A stretch of DNA of 64,000 nucleotides from an uncultured Acidobacteriota bacterium (lineage in GTDB: Bacteria; Acidobacteriota; UBA6911). This document shows positions 1-10,769 of the stretch, piece by piece. The DNA is taken from positions 22,276 through 86,275 of the forward strand of contig CAWEJX010000010.1 in NCBI GenBank assembly GCA_963809485.1. Direction: 5' to 3'. The translations under genes and the position numbers were made by a program. The notes beneath the pieces are model-generated. The model saw nothing but the letters and a program-made list of their open reading frames with translations. It was not told the origin of the DNA and made no database searches. The first letter of the stretch is position 1, and every line of letters begins with the position of its first letter.

Positions 1-16
1 ACGAAGGCTCAACGGT

Positions 17-2428
17 TCAGATTTTGCCGAGGGCCTTCAGTACCCGCTCTGGCGTAGCGGGATGGTGCATGATCCATTTGCCGGTCGCATTGAAAATGGC
101 CGATACGGTGATCCCGGACATGGCAGCCCCCACGTTTTCAGCGATCCCGTATGCCCCGAAAGCAGCATACCCGAGATGGCTCTCGTTGATGAGGCAGGTA
201 GACGCGGGGTAATCGTTCATGGTGCCGATGGGGTAATTGATTAGGTCGTAATTGAGGGCTACGCCGGTGCGCGGGCACCACACATGTTCTTCCATGCCGC
301 TCCGGCTCAATCCCATCACGGCGCCTCCGTACTGCTGAGCTTCGGCTCCCTGGGGATTGAAGAGGTGTCCCACGTCATTAACGCAAACGATGCGTGTCAC
401 GTCCACCATGCCCGTTTCAGCGTCCACCTCCACCTCGATAAAATGCGCCTGCCTTCCCATCACGTAAAGGTTTGTGTCCGGCTTGCCGTCCATCGTCAAT
501 CCGGTCAGGTAATCGACGACCGGATGCGCGATGGCGGGGTCCACATCCCAGAAAATATCCGATACTTCCCGGACTGTCTTCCGGTTGCCGGGATTCGCCT
601 TTTCGAAAACGTAGCCGTCCCGGATATCGAGGCCTTCAGGCTTTTTGCCAGGGAATGCGGGCGGCTGAGCAGTCTTGAAAAAATGACTCGTGTTGTAGGC
701 GGGTGTGGGTCTTACCGCATATTGCAGGATTTTCTTTTTCAGTTCTCGCGCCGCGAGCACCAGCTGGGTCGTTATATAGGGCGTGGAGAAAGAACCTCCG
801 GGCTGCCACATGTAAAAGCTGCTGTTGTCGGACCGGCGCTCCTGGATGACCGTATCCTCGTACCTGAGCCCGAGTTCAGAGGCCACGATGTGGCGGGCGC
901 CGGATTCGCTGTCTACGCCCAGATCGCTTCTGACTCCCACGATCGCGACGATGCCGTTGCGAAGCATCAGGCAGGCGAAAGACATGGCCGGCTCAGGAGC
1001 CTGCCATGTCCACTCGTTGATTTGCATAAATCCCATGCCGTGCATCTTGCCGTTGGGAAGGATCCTGGTTCCGGGAGCATGCCATTTTCTATCCCAGTCT
1101 ATGGCTTTTTTCCCTTTTTCGATGACCTCCCTGAGACTCCATCGCTGCGGGAATCCGTTTTCCTTCTGGTAGCGGGTGATCCATTCCCAGTCATGTCCCT
1201 TGCTGCCGTCGTTCTTGAGCGCGACTTCGGTCGGATCCAGGCCGAATTCGGCGGCCACCTTGTCTGTCATGATGTTGTGCGGGACGCAGGCATGCGCACC
1301 GTGCCGCACACAGATCACGTGGCCCCTGTTGGTCAGCCCCCACTCGTAAGTGCCCCGTATATTTGGAATTTTTGAGCATTCGTAAGTCTTTTCGACCGCG
1401 GAATTCCTGGCCCCGATCGTATGCCAGTGGAAAGCGGTGATGGTCCCGTCCTTTTTTGCTCCCACTTTGCAGGTGAAGGTCCCGCAGTCATCACTCAGCA
1501 CATAATGATTGCTTTCGTCGAACAGGAGCTTTACCGGCCTCCCTTCGGCCCGCCGGGCGAGTATGACGGCGAGGCGCGTGAAGCATGCGGAATACGCGAG
1601 CCAGGAAAATCCGCCAAAGTAAGAGCCCTGATAGGGCATGGTCACCGTAATCCTGGACCAGTCGGCAAGGGCGGTCACATGCTTTTCCCTCGCATCGGAA
1701 GGGTAAATCAGGAACCATTGCGGTATGTCCTGGTGGTGAACCCAGAGATCCAGGAATTCGCCCCGCCACTGAGCCACGCAGACGGCCGGCTCGACGCCGG
1801 CCGCCGAATTCACTTCTCTTGTTATTGTGTATTCGATGATTTTATCGGCCTCGGCGAAGCCCTTTTCTGCATTGCCATATTCCGTTTCTTCCACCACGAC
1901 CGTATTCGGTTCCCGGGCCTTTGAATTGGTGCGCTTTACTTCAGACATGATTTTGATAGTGCCGGGCTTTACCGATTCCTCCATGTCCAGGATGAAGGGC
2001 CGCTCTTCCCATTCTATCTGCATCAGTCTCAAGGCCCGGTCGCAGACCTCTTCGCTGTCGCCAACCACCGCGACTCCCATCGGATGCTGATAAAAATCGC
2101 TGGTCCCGGGGAGGGTGAGAATGTTGTAGTTGCCGGATATTTCGTACCAGGCGCCGGTTGCGCTGTCATACCGTATGTCGGGATCATCGTATTTAAGTAT
2201 GTCCCTGACTCCCGGGAGGGCTTCGGCCCGGCTTGTATCGATGCTTTTTATCCTGGCATGAGCGTAAGGGGAGGTGAATATTTTGGCATACAACATGCCG
2301 GGAAGATAAATGTCCCGGGTGTAAACGGCCTTTCCGCTTGTCCTTTCATGCGCATCCTGACGGGATATTTTTGATTTTGTTTCCTCATAGCCTTCCGGCA
2401 CTTTCCAGGTCCAGGGCCGATAGTCCAT
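17..2428 (-). CDS. Xanthine dehydrogenase/aldehyde oxidoreductase family molybdopterin-binding subunit
   Basis: Motifs SGKAVYTRDI, SPYAHARIKSID, EVEVDAETGMV, DVGHLFNPQGAEAQQYGG and C-terminal PATPERVLKAL. Start placed at ATG 2428 after a GAGGGGG RBS. Confidence 0.9.
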   Translation of the reverse strand: MDYRPWTWKVPEGYEETKSKISRQDAHERTSGKAVYTRDIYLPGMLYAKIFTSPYAHARIKSIDTSRAEALPGVRDILKYDDPDIRYDSATGAWYEISGNYNILTLPGTSDFYQHPMGVAVVGDSEEVCDRALRLMQIEWEERPFILDMEESVKPGTIKIMSEVKRTNSKAREPNTVVVEETEYGNAEKGFAEADKIIEYTITREVNSAAGVEPAVCVAQWRGEFLDLWVHHQDIPQWFLIYPSDAREKHVTALADWSRITVTMPYQGSYFGGFSWLAYSACFTRLAVILARRAEGRPVKLLFDESNHYVLSDDCGTFTCKVGAKKDGTITAFHWHTIGARNSAVEKTYECSKIPNIRGTYEWGLTNRGHVICVRHGAHACVPHNIMTDKVAAEFGLDPTEVALKNDGSKGHDWEWITRYQKENGFPQRWSLREVIEKGKKAIDWDRKWHAPGTRILPNGKMHGMGFMQINEWTWQAPEPAMSFACLMLRNGIVAIVGVRSDLGVDSESGARHIVASELGLRYEDTVIQERRSDNSSFYMWQPGGSFSTPYITTQLVLAARELKKKILQYAVRPTPAYNTSHFFKTAQPPAFPGKKPEGLDIRDGYVFEKANPGNRKTVREVSDIFWDVDPAIAHPVVDYLTGLTMDGKPDTNLYVMGRQAHFIEVEVDAETGMVDVTRIVCVNDVGHLFNPQGAEAQQYGGAVMGLSRSGMEEHVWCPRTGVALNYDLINYPIGTMNDYPASTCLINESHLGYAAFGAYGIAENVGAAMSGITVSAIFNATGKWIMHHPATPERVLKALGKI

Positions 2429-2521
2429 GTTCAATCCCCCCCTCAATTTCAAGGCAACCCGCCCAAGCGGTCCCCGCATTTTGGGCGCCCCAAAATCGGC
2501 GGTGCAATTGCCTTTTTCTCA

Positions 2522-3967
2522 TCAGTGAGTCCCGAACAGGATGGCTCCCTGCTTGAGGAGTATGTCCTGCAGTTCGGTTACGTCCTCCTCGAGTTTGCGG
2601 GGAGTGATGCCTCTCGGGGCACACAACGCCGCCGCCACTCCGGCGGCCTGCCCGGTCACCATGGTTTCCTGCAGGAACCTGGCGTAAGAATCCCTGTCGG
2701 TCGAGATCGCTTTGCCTCCCACCAGAAGGTTTTCGACATCCTTCGGCACAAGGCAACGATAGGGGATATCGTAAGATCCCCCGTCTTTAGGATACACAAT
2801 GCCTTCATAGGAAATCGTATCTTTTGTCGCCACGTGTTTGGCGCCGGACGAAAAAGAGCTCTTTCCGATAACATCCTTGAATTTTCTGGCTTCAGCAACG
2901 TCCTCCTTACAGAGGATATAGTCCCCGATGATTCTTCGGCTTTCGCGAATTCTCAGTTCGCTGCAGATCCTTGTAAGATAGGCTTTTTCAAATCCGGGCA
3001 TGTACTTGTTGATAAATTTCAGCGCCATAACCACCTGTTTGCGGCATTCGATTTCACAGAAGGTCAGGTCGCGGACGTCCGTGGGATCGGCATTGCCGAC
3101 CTGGGACGAGTGCTGGAACAGAGCCTGGAATACGCCGTGGTCTCTGGGCATGATGAAAAATCCGACACCGCTGTAAGGGTGCCACTCCCCTTGCGCCAAA
3201 GCTTTGTCTCTCAAAGAGTAGAATCCCATGAAATTGCTGATCTCGGTGATGTCTTTCACCTGGCGGATCCGCTCGACGATCTGTTCCCGAGTCCAGTTCA
3301 AGTAGGGATGCGTCATGGGATTGAATTCGTATTCGGCAGTGTCCTTCACATACTGCAGAACCTTGTCCCAGTTCACGCCGTCGACCGCAAAGGAAATGGT
3401 GTGAGGCTCCAGTTCCTCTTTCGGCACCTGTTCATAAGGAGCGCCCGCCATCGCCGCAACGAAACCCTCGCCGGTGCAGTCGATAACGACCTTGCCCATC
3501 ACGGCCTGCCTGCCTGAGGGATTTTCCACCACGACGCCTCTCACGGCATTTCCTTCCTTCAAAACCTCGACGGCCAGGGAATGCAAAAGCAGGTGCACTC
3601 CGTTCTCGGTCATCATCTCAAAAACCAGCAGCCCCCAGTAATCGGGGTCCACCAGCGAAAAGCTATATCCTATTCGGAAATCGGGTGTGGTATGGGGCAG
3701 CGCATGGCCCTCCCTGAGCAGCCTGCTGTGCGTTTCTTCCATGATACCGCCGATTATCTGTTCGCCGCGGGGATTGAACATGTATGCGTAGGCGAAGCCG
3801 GGCGGCCCGGAGATATTCATTTGGCCGCCAAGTGCGCCGAGTCGCTCAATCAGGATTGTGCGGGCGCCGGCCCGGGCGGCCGCTATCGCCGCGGCTATCC
3901 CTGAAGTCCCTCCGCCGGCAACCACAATATCGTATTCCCCGTAAATTTCCATAATAGGGTTCCCCAT
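2522..3967 (-). CDS. FAD-dependent oxidoreductase (FAD_oxidored family)
   Basis: N-terminal VVAGGGTSGIAAAIAAAR Rossmann motif, DCTGEG, RESRRIIG, YDIPYRCLVP, GQAAGVAAA. Confidence 0.9.
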   Translation of the reverse strand: MGNPIMEIYGEYDIVVAGGGTSGIAAAIAAARAGARTILIERLGALGGQMNISGPPGFAYAYMFNPRGEQIIGGIMEETHSRLLREGHALPHTTPDFRIGYSFSLVDPDYWGLLVFEMMTENGVHLLLHSLAVEVLKEGNAVRGVVVENPSGRQAVMGKVVIDCTGEGFVAAMAGAPYEQVPKEELEPHTISFAVDGVNWDKVLQYVKDTAEYEFNPMTHPYLNWTREQIVERIRQVKDITEISNFMGFYSLRDKALAQGEWHPYSGVGFFIMPRDHGVFQALFQHSSQVGNADPTDVRDLTFCEIECRKQVVMALKFINKYMPGFEKAYLTRICSELRIRESRRIIGDYILCKEDVAEARKFKDVIGKSSFSSGAKHVATKDTISYEGIVYPKDGGSYDIPYRCLVPKDVENLLVGGKAISTDRDSYARFLQETMVTGQAAGVAAALCAPRGITPRKLEEDVTELQDILLKQGAILFGTH

Positions 3968-3997
3968 TCCTTTACGTTTCCGCTTTATAGGATCCGC

Positions 3998-5710
3998 CTA
4001 TCTTCGAAATTCTTCTATACTCCGGGCCGCCGTGCCGTCGGGCAACACGACCGGCCGGACGATTCCCTCACTGTGCAACGCCCAGGGGATGATTACGCCC
4101 GAATGCCCGCCCCGGCCGCCGACAACCACGACCTCGATGTCCTGCGGGGTGCGGGTTACGGGCATGGGGTGCCTGTCGGCAAATTCCGCCGGGCGGACGG
4201 GAACCAGGCCGCGGTTCCTCACCATGGGCACGTCGTGAACCGCGCGGAGGTGTATGTGTTCCCGGATCATGTCCTTGGTGTAACCGGAGTTTTTGAGCAT
4301 CATTCCGTGGTCGGGGGTAAGTACCAGCACGAGCGGGCCGGGAATATAGGCATTATTGGATCCCAGGGTGGTGCAACAGTCCGTGATCGTGTCGAGAAGG
4401 TCATGACCGTTTAGACTCAGAAAATCGATGATATCGTGCTGAGGTTCGGCCTTCAGAACATAGACTGTTGTGGTTCTTGCGTCATAGCGCTCTTCGTTAA
4501 TCATCTTCCATTGGGCCAGTGAGGATTCTTCGGCGAAGCAATAGGTGAACTCCGCCTGGGATGCGATGCAATCAAGGTCACAGACGCCTGGCACTGCACG
4601 GCAGACATCCAGGATGACCAGATTGACGGCCCGGCCGATAGTTGCATTCGCCGGGTAGCCGGGGCCCAGGCAGCCCTGCTTGCCCGATATGCCGATTTCC
4701 TGGGCAATGGGCCCGCTGACCAGGACCATGTTCCCGCCTGGGTGGGATGTAGTGACCGACTGAAGCAGGTTGTATTTGGGGTCCGCCAAGGCCCTGAATA
4801 CTGCTACCAGGACAGGAATCGCCGTGGGTTTGCAGCCGGCCATCACGGAAGCGATTGCGACGTCCCTTACGGTGATGTCCTTTCCCGTGGGCCCGACTTC
4901 ACGGCAGATCACCATTTCTGCATCGAACGGGCAATAGGCCAACATCTTTGCCAGGCGGGACTTCGTCGGCGGTATGACCGGAAGCCCATCCCCTATGTGT
5001 TCACGGTCGAGGAAATCCATGATTTCTTCCATGTAGCCGCCGGGCTCATAGAGCCTGTCCTCGGAGATTTCGATCGCATTGGTGACGGGCAACAATCCGT
5101 TTTTTGCGGGAGGGACCAGGTCCATTTTGAAATCGATGTGGGCGACCCCGCTGATTTTTCCCGGGTGCGCTGTGAGGGAATCAATGATGTAATCCCATTT
5201 TTTGTCTATTTCCTGCCGCACCTCTTCCTCCGTGCTGGCCTGGTAGATATCGATTTTGCACAGGCACAGTTGGCCTGCCCGGTACACCGCGACGCCTTCC
5301 ACCAGGTCGCCGCCCGGGGGCGCCGTGATGTAAACGCTGGGGATGCCCAGTTTTTCCAGGGCAATGGTTACGATGCAGGTAGCCGGCGAGGTGCCCATGT
5401 CCCCCAGGGCAACTACTGCTGCGGCCGGTTTTTCCCCTGCCAGCATGGCCGCGTATTTCTCCAGGGCGGCGGTGTCCTTGCCGCGGACAGTTTCCCGGTA
5501 ATCCACGAAATTGCCGATCCCCATTTCGCGGAAACGCTCCTTGATGCGGACAAATGTCTGGCCGTAGTTGCAGAAGCTCAGTTTGGTATTGTTGTAAAAC
5601 AGGATTTTACCCTTCTTTAGGTCTTCAATGCTGACTCGGGGTGCCAGGTCTATGATGGGCCGCTCCTGCCATCCGCGCGGGTCCACCAGGGGATCTAATT
5701 TTCTATTCAT
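3998..5710 (-). CDS. Uncharacterised protein: UGSC-like N-terminal domain fused to a DGLPxxPPT domain
   Basis: N-terminus has DP...LAPR...N.K...ALGDMGTS...LEKLGIP like the UGSC family. C-terminus has GDGLPVIPPT, VMAGC and NATIGRA. 570 aa, with RBS GGGAG. Confidence 0.65.
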   Translation of the reverse strand: MNRKLDPLVDPRGWQERPIIDLAPRVSIEDLKKGKILFYNNTKLSFCNYGQTFVRIKERFREMGIGNFVDYRETVRGKDTAALEKYAAMLAGEKPAAAVVALGDMGTSPATCIVTIALEKLGIPSVYITAPPGGDLVEGVAVYRAGQLCLCKIDIYQASTEEEVRQEIDKKWDYIIDSLTAHPGKISGVAHIDFKMDLVPPAKNGLLPVTNAIEISEDRLYEPGGYMEEIMDFLDREHIGDGLPVIPPTKSRLAKMLAYCPFDAEMVICREVGPTGKDITVRDVAIASVMAGCKPTAIPVLVAVFRALADPKYNLLQSVTTSHPGGNMVLVSGPIAQEIGISGKQGCLGPGYPANATIGRAVNLVILDVCRAVPGVCDLDCIASQAEFTYCFAEESSLAQWKMINEERYDARTTTVYVLKAEPQHDIIDFLSLNGHDLLDTITDCCTTLGSNNAYIPGPLVLVLTPDHGMMLKNSGYTKDMIREHIHLRAVHDVPMVRNRGLVPVRPAEFADRHPMPVTRTPQDIEVVVVGGRGGHSGVIIPWALHSEGIVRPVVLPDGTAARSIEEFRR

Positions 5711-5739
5711 TAGCGATTCACTCCCATCGATCGGAAAAC

Positions 5740-5780
5740 GCTATAAATATTGCCAGATTTGGAGTTGGCAATAAAATAGC
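5740..5780. promoter_or_regulatory. Inverted repeat, candidate operator upstream of the UGSC-like operon
   Basis: TATTGCCA (5748-5755)-N10-TGGCAATA (5766-5773), extendable to GCTAT/ATAGC, 30-70 bp upstream of the 5710 start. Confidence 0.4.
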
Positions 5781-5875
5781 CGCGCCTGCGCCGTGTTGTC
5801 CCGCAGGTGCGGCCATCCTAAGTTCAGCCGCAGGATTGGTCAAGAAAAATCAAAATGGGAATGGGTCGGACAAAT

Positions 5876-6062
5876 GGGAAATTATGGACACCCACCTATT
5901 GAGGGAATTATAGGGAATTATGGACACCCACCAGTGGAACCCACCAGTTGGGCCCCAGTAGAAATTATGGAAATTATGGACACCCACCTATTGCCCCCAC
6001 CTATTGCCCACCTATTGAGGGTTTCAGATCTCAGGACACCGAATGCAATTGGAGTCCCAGAA
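5876..6062. repeat. Cluster of short direct repeats AATTATGGACACCCACC(TATTG)
   Basis: Three copies near 5880, 5916 and 5972, plus extra CCCACCTATTG units at 5996 and 6007. Spacing is irregular. Confidence 0.85.
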
Positions 6063-6140
6063 CTGATACTCTAACAATAGATATGCGGCGCATGCGGCGG
6101 CAGAAGAAGCGGGAAGGAGGGGGCTCTGTCCTCCCCGGTA

Positions 6141-8484
6141 TTATTCCACCATTCCCTGAATGGCTCGCTTTACAAGCGTCCTGGCGATTTTCACCTTATA
6201 GGAGTTCATGCTGAGCGGCCGCGCTCCGGCAAGCGCCAGTTCTGCAGCATTTGTGGCCGCCGCCTCATCTATGGGTTTGCCCCTGAGAGCAGCCTCGGCG
6301 GTTTTAGCCCGGACCGGAGACGGAGCTACCGCGCCCAGCGTTATGCGGGCATCCGAACAGACCCCGTTCTTCAAAGTGATTACAGAAGCGACACTTACGA
6401 GGGCAAAATCGATCGGCTTTCTCAATGTAAATTTGGCGTAGGCTTGCCTTGCCCCCTTCGGGGGCTTGGGAACGCGGACCTCCCTGATCAGTTCATCGGT
6501 TTCGAGCACCGTGGAACTGGTAGCCGTTGCGGTGAAGAACTCACGAGCCGGGAGAGTTTTCTTTGTCGTAACGATTGTAGCCTCCAGAGCTACGAGAGCT
6601 ATCGCCAGATCGGAGGGGCCGATTGCCGGGCACCCGCAGTTAATGCACCGCTGCGCTTCGGTCTCGATTTCCGCCGGACTGAAGCCAGGGATATCTTCGC
6701 TTGCCAGGCTCCGGATCCGTTCATCGGCCGGCAACTCCAAAGTTTTGACGCGAGCAATGTTTCGGAAAGAGGACTCGGGATATTGCGGCTCAATCTGGAC
6801 CAGTTTGGCCTGGGACCGGCCGCCCAGCAGCCGCTCGATCTCGCCGGCAATTTTATGTGCGGAAGCCACAGCCTGGATCACTGTGGATGGCCCTTCAACC
6901 ATATCTCCCCCGGCAAAAACTCCCTCTTCCGGAGCCAGGGGCAAAGGATCGGCCGCTTGCCCGATAGCAACGATAACGCTGTCACCCTGCAGGCTCATGG
7001 AAGGGGAATCTGCATCGTACTGCGGATTAAACCTGCCGTCAGGCTCACGTACCGAGATGCACCGAATGGTTTCAATGCCCCTGGTCCTGCTGTTTTCCCG
7101 GATGATTTCCCGGATACCCAGGCACGGATGAATGACGATTCCCTCTTCCTCGGCTTCCAGAATTTCCGGATCCAGGGCCGGCATCCTGTCTTTGGAAGCA
7201 AGCTCGCGGGTTTCGAGACAGACGAGGTGCACCTCGTCGGCACCGGTTCTTCTGGCAGTCCGGGCCGCGTCGATAGCGACACTCCCTCCGCCGATCACAA
7301 TCACTTTCCGGCCGAGTGGAACAGTTTCTCGCCGGAATTGATTCTTTTGAGGTATTCGATGCGCATAATGGACGCCCTGGGCATCTTCACCCGGCACTCC
7401 CAGTTTCAGGCTCCGCCAGGTTCCGCCGGCAATGAAAACAGCGTCGGAATCCGATCGGATTCTTGGCGGCAAGCTCTCCGCTTATGTGAAGGCCGGTTTC
7501 GAAATCGAATGCCCATGCCCTGCATGGCCCGAATTTGTTTCCGGACCACTTCTTTGGGCAGGCGATAGGGAGGGATGCTGTACAGCAAGCATTCCGCCCG
7601 GGCTCGGGCAGCTTTTCGTATACGGTCACCTGGTGGCCGGATTTCCTGAGATAGAATGCCGCTGCCAGTCCGGCAGGCCCGGAACCGACAATTGCGACTT
7701 TTTTGCCGGATTCGGTCTCAGGCGGAGCGAAATATTCCGCCGCATGGTCCAGGATATAGTCGCCCACTCCGCGCTCGACGCTGTGGATGGCAACGGGATC
7801 GTCGTATTCGCTGCGGTTGCAGTGCGGCTCGCAAATATCGGGCAGACCCTTCCGGTGATGGCGGGAAGGGGATTGTAATGCGATCAGCATGCGCGCCGCT
7901 TCGGCAATATTGCTTCCCGCGGATCAGCCGCAGGTATCCGGGGATATCGACATGTGCCGGGCAATGGCTGGCGCAACGGCCGGTCGGATGCCGGTGCGGC
8001 GCCGAAAATGGAGTGATAGCGGTTATCGCCCAGAAGCGCGCTGCAGGTTTTGCCGCCCTTGCGCAGGCAGACTATCGGGCCCGCCGATCTGCTGCGGATA
8101 CCGGTAATACCAGCAGCGGACATCCTGTGCGAGGTTGCCGCCGAGCGTGGCCATGTTTCTGAGTATTGGGGCTGCCGACCGAATGTGCGGCTTCGGCGAA
8201 GAAGTGTGTAGTCCTGCCTGATCACCGGTGATTTGACGATATCGGCCAGTTTGGCAAGCGCCCCTATTCTTAATCCCTTTATTCCCGGCCTTGATGTAGT
8301 CAAGATTCGGAATCGTTTTGATATTGATCAAAACGCTTCGGGTACTCGGCGAGGTCAATGATCCCTCAGCTCGCCGAGAAGATCGGTGCCTCCCGGCATT
8401 GACCCTGGCTTTCCCGTTGTATTTTGACAGCAGAGATGCCGCCTGCTTGAGCGATCGGGCATTGTGGTGTTGGAAGGTTTTCAT
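6141..8484 (-). pseudogene. Frameshifted XDH-family FAD-binding subunit with an inserted GltD-like Fe-S/NAD(P)H oxidoreductase module
   Basis: Fragments in alternating frames: MKTFQHHNARS, LRIGAL, RNMATLGGNLAQDVRCWYYR, CEPHCNR, KKVAIVGSGPAGLAAA, IGGGSVAIDAAR, EAQRCINCGC, PSDLAIAL, DARITLGAVAP. ATG at 8484 overlaps the upstream stop. May be an intact gene with sequencing indels. Confidence 0.8.
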
Positions 8485-10765
8485 TGTGCGCCTCCTTTCG
8501 AGAGGGCCTTGAGGACTCGATCCGGAGTCACAGGATATTGATAGAGCCATGCTCCGATGGCGTTGGATGCTGCCATGCAGCGTGGCGAAGGTCCCGGAGA
8601 TGTGGTGATTTCGGCAATTCCCACGGCGTGAAACGATGGCTCGGGAAAGGCGTTTCGAGAACAACATTTTGAACGGCCGGCAATTCTGCAAACGTCCGCC
8701 ATTTGTAGTCGATCAGGTTGGCGTTGACGATGTGCCCGTCCGCCGGTCGATGGATGGTCTCCTCGAAGATGGCGCTGTCGATGCCGGCGGAACCCCAGCA
8801 GGCGTTGAGCTGGCCTTCGAGACCCGGCGGATCAATGATCTGTCCGATATCGGTGGCATTGACCACCCGCAACAAGTCCACCTTGCCCGGTTTCGACATC
8901 CGACTTCAACCTCGACAAAAGCACATCAGGCAATTGCACATCGTGAAATCGGATTCAAACCGTCCGTAGCCGAGAATGGTCCGGTCGTTGCCCATGACAT
9001 CGCCACTTGATTCCCTTGTCCGGCTGGCCCTTTCACAAAGATGACTCCGTCCGCCGTATCGAGATCTTCGGGATCCGCGCCAAGTTTCGGCGCCGCCATC
9101 TCGAGCAGTTTCCGTTTGGCATCTTCCGCCGCATTGATCACGGCGCTTCCGATAGCATAGGTTCCTCTGGAACCGACCGGACCAAATTCATAAGGAGTTA
9201 CCAGGGTGTCGGCCGGGGACATTTCAATCCGCTCGGGCGGGATCTGAAGAACTTCTGCGGCCATTTTGATGTAATTGGATTTCTGGCCGGTCCCGAATTC
9301 CGCCACGCAGAGGAAAATCGTGGCGGTACCGTTATAGCCGAGCTGCACGTAAGCTTCCGCCGTGTCTTCGCCGATATCGGCATTCCCGTGGATCGCCCAC
9401 TCCGACACCGCGGCGTTTGGGACCGCTCGACGGCAGTCGGCTTCAGCCAGCCTTTCCATTTGTCTTTCCAGCCGAAAGCTTCGGCGCCCTGATCCATGGC
9501 CTTGGAAAAATCCACTCCCCTGATGTCGTACCACTCGCCGTCGCGCCAGTAATAGCCTCCGCCCGGCTTGACGAAGTTTTTCTTCATACACATCGAACGG
9601 ATCGAGACCGGCTTTTTCCATCGCCAGATTCAGGATGGGGATTAAAGGCACACTCCAGTTCCTGGCCGCCGAATCCCCTGGTTGAACCGGAAGCGTTGCG
9701 ATTGGTCGCGACGATAGTGTTCTTGAGATCCCAGTTGGGACACTGGACCATGATCATCAGTTCGCCGGCGCCGACAGCCACCTGGCATTGCGTCGTGGAG
9801 GAATAATAGCCGGTATCGACGTACCAGGTGCCCTGGATGGCCGTGATGGTTCCGTCCTTTTTCATCCCGACTCTTCGCATGGATGCGGGATCCGATGCGC
9901 AGGGTGAAGTTGGCCATGTGCTCTTCTTTGGTAAACATGACTTTGACCGGCCGTCCGCGTGGCCCGGGCCAGGATGATGGCATAGGCTTGAACCTGCCAG
10001 CACATGAACTTGGTGCCGAAGCTGCCGCCGACATGATGCCCGATGCTGCGGATTTCCAATTCCCGGTTGAATACGTGAAATAGCGTGACCTTGTCCATAT
10101 ACGGCGCCTGGCTGGTCCCATAAATCGTGGCCCTGTTGGGCGGTTCCCAAAATGCGACGGCGCCGACGGCTTCGGCCGGCAGAGCATTGGGCATGTTTTC
10201 GTATCCGAAGGTGCCTTCGGTGATGACGTCGGCTTCGGCAAATCCCTTGTCGACATCGCCGCGAACCACGCCCTGAAGGCAGTTTGGGCCCGTAGATGGG
10301 CGTGCCGCCGGGAATGATATTGTTTTTGAGTTCTTCATAAAGAAGCGGAGCATCCGGTTTAAGCGCGGAATCGATGTCGAAGACCGCCGGCAGGACTTCG
10401 TATTCCACGTCGATCAGGCTGAAGGCTTCTTCGGCAATCTGCTCCGAAGTCGCCGCGACGAGAGCAACTGACATCTCCCACATACCGGACTTTTTTGTCC
10501 AGCACGCGGACAATGCGGGGAGTGCCGCCTCTCCAGTCCGGGATGTCTTCCCACGTAACCACGGCTTTCACGCCCGGCAGCGCTTCCGCTTTGCTCTTGT
10601 CGATCTTTTCTGATGATTGGCGTGCGCATGAGGGCTTCGCAAAACTTTGCCGTAGAGCAGGTTCGGGAATTTCAGATCGTCCATGAAACGAGCGGTTCCG
10701 GTGACAATTTCGGCGGCATCCCGCCGGGGCAGATGCTTGCCGATGTATCTGTAGTCCTTGCCCAT
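8481..10765 (-). pseudogene. Frameshifted XDH-family molybdopterin-binding subunit
   Basis: Fragments MGKDYRYIGKHLPRRDAAEIVTG, LRSPHAHA, VGGSFGTK, TRGFGGQE, GPVGSRGT, DIGQIIDPPGLEGQ and YPVTPDRVLKAL are spread over several frames. Confidence 0.85.
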
Positions 10766-10769
10766 AGCG

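Noticed and set aside
5876-6062. CRISPR array
   Set aside because: Repeats are short and modular, spacers are irregular and built from repeat pieces, and there are no cas genes.
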